From positions 1 through 64,000 of IMG/VR virus record IMGVR_UViG_3300028591_000070: 64,000 bases of DNA; one strand, 5' to 3'. Every line of letters starts with the position of its first letter. Within the stretch, counting starts at the first letter, position 1. The stretch comes from a virus (taxonomy: Duplodnaviria; Caudoviricetes). The notes under the pieces are model-generated. The model was not told the origin of the DNA. It was given only the letters and a program-made list of their open reading frames with translations, and searched no databases. The position numbers were made by a program, and so were the translations under genes. This document shows, in pieces, positions 9,970 to 17,986 of the stretch.

Positions 9970-12117
9970 ATGGCAGGAATAAGTTTTAGTTCTAATAACG
10001 CTCCAAAATCTGAAATTCAAAGAAAGTCTTTTACTCAGCGACTTTCTGCTATTTTTGGATGGCGTTCAATTGATAAAGAAAAAGCCACAACTGAATTTGA
10101 GAAAAACTCTGGACTTAGATTTGTAAAAGTAGATGTAGGAAATAGTGCATTTCAGATTAAGCATGCTGCATTAGGAAACGTTTTTAAAAATCAAAAACTT
10201 TCTTCAAATGTAAATCGTCTTTTTAATGCTTATTTGGATGAAACTGCTTTTACATATTCTAGCATTGAAGAAAGACAGAAACGTTTAAGTGAATTGCGTT
10301 TTGCTGTTTGTAATGACCCATTCCTCAAACGAACATGTCAACTTGTAGCGGATGAAGCAACTCAGCTTGATGATCAAGACCGTTTAATTACAGTTACAGC
10401 TGAAAATGTTTTATTTGCAAACAGATGTTATGAATTATTTGCTCAATGGGGTATCACACAGCAGCGTATCTCAGCAGTTTGTAAATCTCTTGAAATGTAT
10501 GGTGAAGCTCTTTGGGCTCATCGTATTGGATATAAAGGAATAGAAAAAATTATTCCTCTTTCTGTTTTCTCACTTTCAGAACGTCTTGAGTTTAGTGCTC
10601 AACATATGTCTGAGGTTATGGCTCAATTAAAGAATGGTGATGGAATGAATAAATCTCGCCGTACTAAGATTGAGAAATTAATGGGTGAGATTAACAATGA
10701 TAAAGAGTTTATCAATGGTTTAAATGAAGATTATGCCGACCAGTTTGATACAAAACTTTTAGGTTTTGAAATGGAAGGTGGTGAAGTAGTTCCTCCTTGG
10801 ATTATTACACACTTCAGATACATGCCAGACGATAATGAATTTTTCCCTTATGGTTACCCACCATTGTTATTAGCATTACCAGAATTTAAGCAAGCATTTA
10901 GCCTTAAATTATTGCAAGGTCTTGCTCGTGAAAGTTCATTCCCAGTTCAGTTTTATCAGGTAAAGCAAACAGAAGGTGTAGGTGTTGAAACTGCCTTCGA
11001 GACAACAGATACTGTAAGACAAGAATATGAAAATATTGGTGTTACAGCAGCTTCAAACTCTATTGAAGTTTATACAGTAAACACAAAAATTTGGGCGCCA
11101 GAAGGTCTTCTTGATATGAAGATTTTTGAATCTAAGGTTGACTTTAACTTCATTGATGATATTGTAAATGCTGAAAAGAACGTAGCTATTGCAGCAGGTG
11201 TACCAATGCCTTATTTGACAGGTGGTATGGGTAGTAGCGAAAGTACTGTTCAGATTGCATCTGGTATTGCCTTGGCAGAACAGTATAAACCATTCGGTCG
11301 TCATGTTTACTCTATTCAGACATCATTCCTTGAGGAATTGGGAAAACTCATTCGTTTACATTTCGCTATCACAGGTGAATTTGATTATAATACTCCATTT
11401 GTATTATCAATGAGATTCCCTGCGGAAGAAGCTTCAGCTGATAAGCGTGAATCACGTGCAGCTTCTTTGGACATGACACAACAGATTATGGAACTTCTTC
11501 AAACTACATTAGGTCTTGAGGAAGGTGAAACATTACCAGAAGATGTTATCATTGATATTATGTCTAAGTATTCATTCTTAGATACAACTGATATTGAACG
11601 TTGGGTACGTCTTTCATCTATTGTTAAAAATTCTAGTGGTAAAAGTGGAGATAATGACAGCGACGATTTTGGTGATGGAGATATGGACTTTGGAGGTGAT
11701 GACTCTGGAGGATTTGACTTAGGTGGCGACGACTTAGGTGGTGGAGATGATGATACGGGAGGAGATGAAGGTGGTGATGAAGCTCCAGAACCAGAAGCTC
11801 CAGAACCTGCTCAAGAGTCAGTTAATATAAATTCAGATCTTTATTATTTAAAGACTAAAAAGAAGTTGGCTGAAAAACGTCAAATAAGAGAAGCAAAACG
11901 TCTTACTGAAATAAGACATCTTTATGAAGCTGCCGGAAACCAGATTTATATGAAATTCTTAAAAGAAAATCATATGAAAGAATGGTCTAAACAAATCAGT
12001 AAGCATTCTGCTCTCCATGAAGTTTATGTTGCTCCAATTGATAAATATAATTCAATGTATGAGTCAATTAGAGTTTTAACAGGCCAAAATAGAAAGAAAT
12101 TAAAGGAGAAAAAATGA
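9970..12117 (+). CDS. portal protein (T4 gp20-like) with Gly/Asp-rich linker and C-terminal extension
   Basis: VADEATQLD, LEMYGE, FPYGYP, AAGVPMPYL motifs; near terL. Confidence 0.8.
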   Translation: MAGISFSSNNAPKSEIQRKSFTQRLSAIFGWRSIDKEKATTEFEKNSGLRFVKVDVGNSAFQIKHAALGNVFKNQKLSSNVNRLFNAYLDETAFTYSSIEERQKRLSELRFAVCNDPFLKRTCQLVADEATQLDDQDRLITVTAENVLFANRCYELFAQWGITQQRISAVCKSLEMYGEALWAHRIGYKGIEKIIPLSVFSLSERLEFSAQHMSEVMAQLKNGDGMNKSRRTKIEKLMGEINNDKEFINGLNEDYADQFDTKLLGFEMEGGEVVPPWIITHFRYMPDDNEFFPYGYPPLLLALPEFKQAFSLKLLQGLARESSFPVQFYQVKQTEGVGVETAFETTDTVRQEYENIGVTAASNSIEVYTVNTKIWAPEGLLDMKIFESKVDFNFIDDIVNAEKNVAIAAGVPMPYLTGGMGSSESTVQIASGIALAEQYKPFGRHVYSIQTSFLEELGKLIRLHFAITGEFDYNTPFVLSMRFPAEEASADKRESRAASLDMTQQIMELLQTTLGLEEGETLPEDVIIDIMSKYSFLDTTDIERWVRLSSIVKNSSGKSGDNDSDDFGDGDMDFGGDDSGGFDLGGDDLGGGDDDTGGDEGGDEAPEPEAPEPAQESVNINSDLYYLKTKKKLAEKRQIREAKRLTEIRHLYEAAGNQIYMKFLKENHMKEWSKQISKHSALHEVYVAPIDKYNSMYESIRVLTGQNRKKLKEKK

Positions 12118-12299
12118 GTAAAGGTATAGTAGTGATTAAGGCTGGTAAAAGACCAACATCAGGTAGTGTAGAAAGTATTATCACAGCTTCAAGTCACTTT
12201 GGAATTTCAGAAAAAGATATTCTTTCACTTGTTGAAAGTGGTGAAGGATTTGTTTTTGAAGGTGATACTTATTATTTCGATGAAGCTTTAGATGACTAA
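12114..12299 (+). CDS. small putative HTH (NUMOD1-like) protein
   Basis: ESIITASSHFGISEKDI pattern; overlaps portal stop; AAGGAG SD. Confidence 0.5.
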   Translation: MSKGIVVIKAGKRPTSGSVESIITASSHFGISEKDILSLVESGEGFVFEGDTYYFDEALDD

Positions 12300-12678
12300 A
12301 GAAGAGTTTTTCGCTGATTGCGAATCAAATCTTGTTTTTGAAGATGATAATATTCATGTAACTATAGATGACCATGCTATTTGTCCATTTTGTGGAAATG
12401 AGATGAAATGGGAAGGTCATTTATTTTGTAATTGTAAAACTCAATTAGAATATTTTCAGAAAAAACAAGATATAGAAAGACAAATTAACTCTCTGAATAA
12501 TGCTCTTAAAAATCTTAAGAGCATTTATATTAAAGATACTTATTCTTTTTTTGCAAAACATTTTCTATCACAGATAAATACTATGATAGATAATTTAGAA
12601 AAGGATAAGAATGATGTTGAAAATTTAATTAAGGAAGAAGAAAATGGCAGAAACAAAAATGGTGATAGTTGTTCGTAA
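12292..12678 (+). CDS. zinc-ribbon and coiled-coil hypothetical protein
   Basis: CPFC...CNC followed by heptad-rich helix. Confidence 0.6.
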   Translation: MTKEEFFADCESNLVFEDDNIHVTIDDHAICPFCGNEMKWEGHLFCNCKTQLEYFQKKQDIERQINSLNNALKNLKSIYIKDTYSFFAKHFLSQINTMIDNLEKDKNDVENLIKEEENGRNKNGDSCS

Positions 12679-13060
12679 AGACCTTAAAATGCCTCGTGGA
12701 AAAATTGCGGCACAAGCCAGCCATGCTGCAGTTGGAGCAGTAATGCAGTCGATTTTTGGTAAAAATCTTGAGGCATCTGATATAGATGGATATGAGATAA
12801 AGATAACACCATCGATGAATGATACAATGAAAGATTGGCTTTTAGGAGAATATACCAAAATCTGTGTATGTGTTGAATCTGAAGAAGAACTTTTAAGTAT
12901 TTATGAAAAAGCACAAAAGAGTGGTTTAAATGTTTGTTTAATCACAGATAATGGTCATACTTGTTTTAATGGTGTTAAAACTAAAACTTGTCTTGCAATA
13001 GGGCCTTGCTTTTCAGCAGATGTAGATCCTATTACTAAAGACCTTAAATTATATAACTAA
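12644..13060 (+). CDS. pth2: peptidyl-tRNA hydrolase, Pth2 family
   Basis: KMVIVVRKDLKMPRGKIAAQASHA, TKIC, ITDNGHT, TCLAIGP. Confidence 0.95.
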   Translation: MAETKMVIVVRKDLKMPRGKIAAQASHAAVGAVMQSIFGKNLEASDIDGYEIKITPSMNDTMKDWLLGEYTKICVCVESEEELLSIYEKAQKSGLNVCLITDNGHTCFNGVKTKTCLAIGPCFSADVDPITKDLKLYN

Positions 13061-13061
13061 T

Positions 13062-13526
13062 TTATTCCTTAGGCTGTTTTAAGTCTACCCATTCATCACC
13101 TAAAGCTTCGCGAATACATTCTTTTGTTTTTTGTACGGCAGGTGATGGATTTTTTATTTCGGCAATTCCATGTAATAATTTGTGACATCTTTTGCATAAA
13201 ATTCTAAAGCGAGATGGATCTGTTATATCCATATAATCTTCTGCAGGAGTTTTTCCGTCTCTTTCCTGTGCTACAAATGCATGATGCAATACCATATTTT
13301 TACTAGCATATTTGTTGCCACAATATTCGCAAATATATCCACGTTCTTCTAATAATTTCTTTCTAAAATCTTTCCATTCATTTGTAGATCTAAAAGCAGA
13401 TTTAGCTTCTGATAATTTTTTACGTTCTGCAATTTGTTTCTTTTTGAGTGCTGCTTTTTCTTTCTTAATTTTTAATTTTTCTGCAGCTCTTCTTTTCTTT
13501 TCTTCTTCAGTTAATTTTTGTGCCAT
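13062..13526 (-). CDS. HNH endonuclease
   Basis: CEYCG...LHH...LCKRCHKLLH; start moved to MAQKLT at 13526 (ACTAA at -12). Confidence 0.8.
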   Translation of the reverse strand: MAQKLTEEEKKRRAAEKLKIKKEKAALKKKQIAERKKLSEAKSAFRSTNEWKDFRKKLLEERGYICEYCGNKYASKNMVLHHAFVAQERDGKTPAEDYMDITDPSRFRILCKRCHKLLHGIAEIKNPSPAVQKTKECIREALGDEWVDLKQPKE

Positions 13527-13546
13527 GCTTAAATTAGTTTTAAAAT

Positions 13547-13573
13547 AAAAAAGGAGCATTTAAGCTCCTCTTT
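13547..13573 (-). terminator. intrinsic terminator
   Basis: GGAGC-ATTTAA-GCTCC stem with A tract on + strand (U tract on -). Confidence 0.65.
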
Positions 13574-13575
13574 AC

Positions 13576-14142
13576 TTATTTATGTAATTCTTGATACCTT
13601 TTAGCTATTTCTTCATCTTTCTCATCAACAGTACCATCTCCATTTAAGTCACCTGGGCCATTAGCAACTTTTGCCATAGAGATAGCTTTTTGACCAGCAA
13701 CATACAACATTATTGTTGTACCAAAGGCAACAGCTGCTTGTGATACTCCAAATTCTGCTCCACTACCATCTTTTAAAGTTTCTCCAGCAATTGTAGCAGC
13801 TAATAAAATACCACATAAAAGAATAACTCTACGTAATTTGCTAGGGTCTCCATAGTCAGCTTCACCTGAAACCATATGTGTTGACTCTAATGTAAATTGT
13901 GCTCTATCAATTCCAACATAAACTGAAACGATACCAACCCAAAGAGTTAAAAACTCTGGAATAGGTAAGTTTAATCCTGCGTTGATAAACTCTGCAAACT
14001 TAACATGGGCTTGTAGATATTTTGTTAAAGCTTCCGAACTATAAACCCAGCATGCAGCCATTTGAAGGCCTATAACTACTAAAGTTACAAAAAAGTATAG
14101 TCCAATCCAAAAACTAGTTTTCCAATAAAATCTCTCTTTCAT
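13576..14142 (-). CDS. four-TM membrane protein, holin candidate, with EF-hand-like C-terminal loop
   Basis: Four hydrophobic segments, then GDLNGDGTVDEKD. Confidence 0.55.
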   Translation of the reverse strand: MKERFYWKTSFWIGLYFFVTLVVIGLQMAACWVYSSEALTKYLQAHVKFAEFINAGLNLPIPEFLTLWVGIVSVYVGIDRAQFTLESTHMVSGEADYGDPSKLRRVILLCGILLAATIAGETLKDGSGAEFGVSQAAVAFGTTIMLYVAGQKAISMAKVANGPGDLNGDGTVDEKDEEIAKRYQELHK

Positions 14143-14156
14143 GGAATAATTAGTTT

Positions 14157-14849
14157 TTAAAGGTTCTCAAGTTCCTCCAATTCGTGATAAGCTGCTGAAA
14201 TTGATCTATAAAGAGCTGCACAAAGTGGTGTTCTTTCATCATCTTTATATTTTTCAAGTCTCATCATAAGAGCGCTCATATCAGAATATTCACCATCAGA
14301 AATTTCATAGGCATCAGTATCTAATCCATCATGTAAAATATTTAAGATATTCCAACCTCTGTCTTGAACTTCACCATCATTTTTAAGTTCTTCATACTGT
14401 TCTGAAATAGGTCTATGAATATCATTCAAGTTATCATCAATAAATAAATCAACTGAGTCTCTATCAAAACCATTTTCTTCTAATTCAGCAATAAATGAAT
14501 CTTCATCATAAAGCTTTCCCCAAACTTCTTCATGATTTACATAATCTAAATCGGACATTCCAGCATTTTGAGCTGCTTGATGAATGGCCATTGCATGCCC
14601 AGGGTCATCATAAGCTTCGTCTCTAAAAGCTTCAAATCCACCAGCCTCAATTCTTGCTAAATCATCTTCTATTGACTCAGATAAATCCTCCATCTCAGGA
14701 TCTTTATCATAATTTTCGCAATCTATACAAATATGAATTGTTCGTCCTTCCTTATCTGTTTTCTCAAGAGCTACTTCATCAGGAGCAATTCTATCTCCGC
14801 AGCAATCACAAATGAGATAATTGTCTTTTATTGACTCTATAATGTGCAT
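14157..14849 (-). CDS. acidic hypothetical protein with N-terminal zinc finger, possibly head-internal
   Basis: CDCC...CIDC; IIES and LSES motifs; AGGAG SD and upstream ACTAA. Confidence 0.6.
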   Translation of the reverse strand: MHIIESIKDNYLICDCCGDRIAPDEVALEKTDKEGRTIHICIDCENYDKDPEMEDLSESIEDDLARIEAGGFEAFRDEAYDDPGHAMAIHQAAQNAGMSDLDYVNHEEVWGKLYDEDSFIAELEENGFDRDSVDLFIDDNLNDIHRPISEQYEELKNDGEVQDRGWNILNILHDGLDTDAYEISDGEYSDMSALMMRLEKYKDDERTPLCAALYRSISAAYHELEELENL

Positions 14850-14899
14850 TTTTATTCTCCTATTTAAGAAATTAGTTATATTTTTAACTATAATTCTTT

Positions 14900-14962
14900 A
14901 AAAAGTCTGGAAAGTGGTCACTGTTAAATTATATTTAAAGATGACCACTTTCCAGACTTTTT
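14900..14962. repeat. 63-bp palindromic element, copy 2 (perfect 21-bp arms)
   Basis: AAAAAGTCTGGAAAGTGGTCA-CTGTTAAATTATATTTAAAGA-TGACCACTTTCCAGACTTTTT. Confidence 0.95.
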
Positions 14963-15051
14963 GCTGCGCTCCAAGTCCGAAAATTGGCTGACTGCAGCAG
15001 TGCTAGTCACATACTGAATAGAACTAATCAAAAATAGAACTAAATTTAAAT

Positions 15052-15558
15052 ATGGAAACTGAAAAATTAAACATAGAACAAATACAGAAAAAAGAAAATG
15101 ATGCTTTAAGAGAATTTATTATCATGATTTGGATGACAAATCCAAAACGTGAAACTGTTAAAGTAATTCTAGATGATGGTCAGATTAAATTTTCATTAAA
15201 ATATGATAGATTTTATCAAATCATGTTTGATACATTAACTGATCTTATTAAAGACTCATCTGTAATGGGAACTTTAAACTTTATAAAAGATTCATTAAGT
15301 ACCTATGGTGGTATTTATTATTTGAATAAATCTAACAATGAATATCGCCAACTTACTAATACTCCTGGCATAGAACATTTAAGGCCTATTGATATTATGA
15401 ACACTACAGTGGCCCAAGCTCAAGCTGAAAAAGAGTCAAAAATGACATTATTTGAAAAGTCTAAACAAGACTCTAAGCTATTTTTTGATAAGATTTTTGG
15501 ACAAACTTTCCATCTTACTGGAACTACAAACTATCAGAAATTCTATGGACATGAATAA
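15052..15558 (+). CDS. hypothetical protein
   Basis: 168 aa; ACTAA at -13. Confidence 0.7.
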   Translation: METEKLNIEQIQKKENDALREFIIMIWMTNPKRETVKVILDDGQIKFSLKYDRFYQIMFDTLTDLIKDSSVMGTLNFIKDSLSTYGGIYYLNKSNNEYRQLTNTPGIEHLRPIDIMNTTVAQAQAEKESKMTLFEKSKQDSKLFFDKIFGQTFHLTGTTNYQKFYGHE

Positions 15559-16043
15559 TGGATTATAATTTTTGGAAAAAAACAGGACAAATAAAGCCAT
15601 TTACCTCGGTCGAAGAGTTTAATAAATATTGTCAAGATATTGTATCAGATTCTTCATCTGTTCCAAATATAAAAGCTAATGCGGCTTTACATAAATCTAA
15701 TATCAAAAAAGGATATTCAAAAGGTAATAAATATGACTCATTTGCAGAGTTTACTTTTTGTTCTTATATGGAACGAGTAAAGGGTTTCTTTGTTCAAAGA
15801 AATCAAAGAGATGTATTTTTACCTTATACTGATGAGACTGGAAAATCTAGAAAATATTATCCAGATTTTATAGTAAATGGGGCTTTCTATGAGGTAAAAG
15901 GTAGATTAAGACCTAAAGATGAACAAAAAATGAGACAACATCCAGAAGTAACCTTTGTTTTTCAAGATGAGATAAATGAAATGGCTAAAACTTTAGATAA
16001 AGATTTCCCTGGATGGCGTGGTGATTTTATTCAAACTAATTAA
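15558..16043 (+). CDS. PD-(D/E)xK nuclease (TnsA-N / T4 gp4-like)
   Basis: YTDETGKSRKYYPDF...YEVKG. Confidence 0.75.
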   Translation: MDYNFWKKTGQIKPFTSVEEFNKYCQDIVSDSSSVPNIKANAALHKSNIKKGYSKGNKYDSFAEFTFCSYMERVKGFFVQRNQRDVFLPYTDETGKSRKYYPDFIVNGAFYEVKGRLRPKDEQKMRQHPEVTFVFQDEINEMAKTLDKDFPGWRGDFIQTN

Positions 16044-16088
16044 GACTAGCACATTTTATAGCTTGAGGAGAATTAACTAAATTAAGTT

Positions 16089-17267
16089 ATGGAACAATAT
16101 AACATGAAACCTGGACTAAAACTAATGTCACTAGGATTTAATTGTTATTTGACTCTTTTGGAAGAAAGAATAAGAGGACCATTTGATAATATGGTCTGCG
16201 ATAGCATTAAGCATTTACAAGCAATTTTTAATAAAGAGTACCTAAATATTATATCAAATATAGATAATGTAAGATTTACACCTGGTGCAAAATACATAGA
16301 TAGCTTAAACTTAGCCATCCTACATAATGAATATAATGAACATTTTTTAGAAAATCAAGCTAAAAGAGTGAAGAACTTTGAGGAGTTTATAGAAAAAGCA
16401 AAAACGCAAGATGACTATTATTTTATAGCTTATATTCTAAATGAAACAATTGCTGAAGATTGTAAGAACTTCTTAAAAAAAGAAGGCCTTTTTGAGAAAA
16501 CAATTATTTTTTCTCATCACAAAAAGGTCTGTGACCTTTTTAAAAATTCTATATTTATAACACCACCAAATGGTAAGGCTTCATGGTCATTAGATATAAT
16601 TAAACAACTCCTAAAATATTTTAATGACCACGGTTATAAGACAAAATGGTGGTGGGATTGGGATACAAGTAATCCGCCAAAGGATTGGAAAAATTTTAAT
16701 TTAAATCCAAATCTTAATTATATGGCTTTAGGCTATAATCATTTTTTTAATTGTGTAACCTCTAGAGTAAGAGGGCCAGTAGATAACTTATTTTGTAAAG
16801 ATGCTTGTTATATTTATAAGCTTTGTGATGAGTCATATTTAAAAATAGCTTTAGACGATGGGAATATTCGGAATTTACATGACTCTATATATTATATAAA
16901 TGGCTTAAACTTAAATATAATTCATGATAAACCTGATACAAAATGGAAAAATCAACAAATAGAAAGATATGCTAATTTTAGAAAATTTATTAATAATCTT
17001 CAAAATCCTAATGATTATTATTTTTTATTATACATTATAGATGAAAAATATGTTTTTGAATATAAAAAAGCCCTTGAAGATAATGGTTTAATGAATAAAA
17101 CAATTGTTTTTTCACATGAGAAAAAATACTTAGAGTTATTTAAAAACAGAGTCTTAATCAACATAGATTTTAAACTAGATACATCAAAAAATGAAGTAAT
17201 CTGGTGGTGTCAACCTTTAGCAGATAAAATATACAAGTTTTTTCAGGCAAATGGTTTTACTGTTTAA
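16089..17267 (+). CDS. tandem-domain DUF1796-like (putative papain-like peptidase) protein
   Basis: SLGFNC...RGPFD in domain 1 and ALGYNH...RGPVD in domain 2; clear internal duplication. Confidence 0.6.
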   Translation: MEQYNMKPGLKLMSLGFNCYLTLLEERIRGPFDNMVCDSIKHLQAIFNKEYLNIISNIDNVRFTPGAKYIDSLNLAILHNEYNEHFLENQAKRVKNFEEFIEKAKTQDDYYFIAYILNETIAEDCKNFLKKEGLFEKTIIFSHHKKVCDLFKNSIFITPPNGKASWSLDIIKQLLKYFNDHGYKTKWWWDWDTSNPPKDWKNFNLNPNLNYMALGYNHFFNCVTSRVRGPVDNLFCKDACYIYKLCDESYLKIALDDGNIRNLHDSIYYINGLNLNIIHDKPDTKWKNQQIERYANFRKFINNLQNPNDYYFLLYIIDEKYVFEYKKALEDNGLMNKTIVFSHEKKYLELFKNRVLINIDFKLDTSKNEVIWWCQPLADKIYKFFQANGFTV

Positions 17268-17526
17268 CAAGTTTTTTCTCACACTCTTCTAAGAAGTTAT
17301 CAATTTCTGTTTTTATTTCTTCTTGAGTAATACCTTTTTCTTTCCAAGTTTTTGTGAATGTACAGTCATCACTAGAGATAGCAACAGCTATATTATCATA
17401 AGCAATAGTCATAAAAACTTCTAAGCCAGAATAGAAAAATTTTGCATTATTATTTTCAAGATGGAAACAACTAATTTTAGGGTTTGTGTCTCCAGTCCAA
17501 TTAAGCATAAACATATTTTTAAACAT
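17257..17526 (-). CDS. hypothetical protein
   Basis: 89 aa; ACTAA at -12. Confidence 0.6.
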   Translation of the reverse strand: MFKNMFMLNWTGDTNPKISCFHLENNNAKFFYSGLEVFMTIAYDNIAVAISSDDCTFTKTWKEKGITQEEIKTEIDNFLEECEKKLVKQ

Positions 17527-17594
17527 AATAAAATTAGTTGAATAAAGTTAAAATCAAATAATGTACTAACTAATATATTAAGGAGATTATAATA

Positions 17595-17783
17595 ATGATG
17601 CACTTAAGAGAAATCGTAGGTGACACACCTGACCAGATGCCTCAGACATCTGATAGAGTAATTAAACTTGATGAACAAGTTGTTACTCAGGAAGAGTTGG
17701 ATAAAAGAATGCAGGATAAGTCAGTTCGTGTAACTGAAACAAGTCCAGATAATTATAAGACTCTTCAGCGTCTAAGAGGTTAA
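17595..17783 (+). CDS. small protein upstream of the major capsid gene (possible head/scaffold-associated)
   Basis: 62 aa; AAGGAG SD, ACTAA upstream; LRE and LDE motifs. Confidence 0.6.
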   Translation: MMHLREIVGDTPDQMPQTSDRVIKLDEQVVTQEELDKRMQDKSVRVTETSPDNYKTLQRLRG

Positions 17784-17986
17784 CTTATTTTTTAGACGTT
17801 ACTAAATAAATATACAAGACAATAATTTATTAAGTATAAGTTTTTAACCGAAATGGTTAATGACCGTGCAGAAAATATATGCTGCTTTTATTTCTATCGA
17901 TATATAGAATTTTCATTAGAACTTTAATAAAAACGAACTACTGATGAATGTCTTAAAAAAATTTTAAAGGAGAAATAAAGAATACT

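Noticed and set aside
13062-13526. HNH gene as part of a group I intron or intein
   Set aside because: It is free-standing with its own ACTAA motif, and the flanking genes are intact
14900-14962. Protelomerase (telRL-type) site or simple terminator
   Set aside because: The centre is asymmetric rather than a perfect palindrome, no protelomerase is visible, and both copies lie between divergent genes where termination is not needed
17941-17975. Hammerhead ribozyme suggested by CTGATGA upstream of the capsid gene
   Set aside because: No proper stem II closing onto GAAA and no stem I/III pairing found
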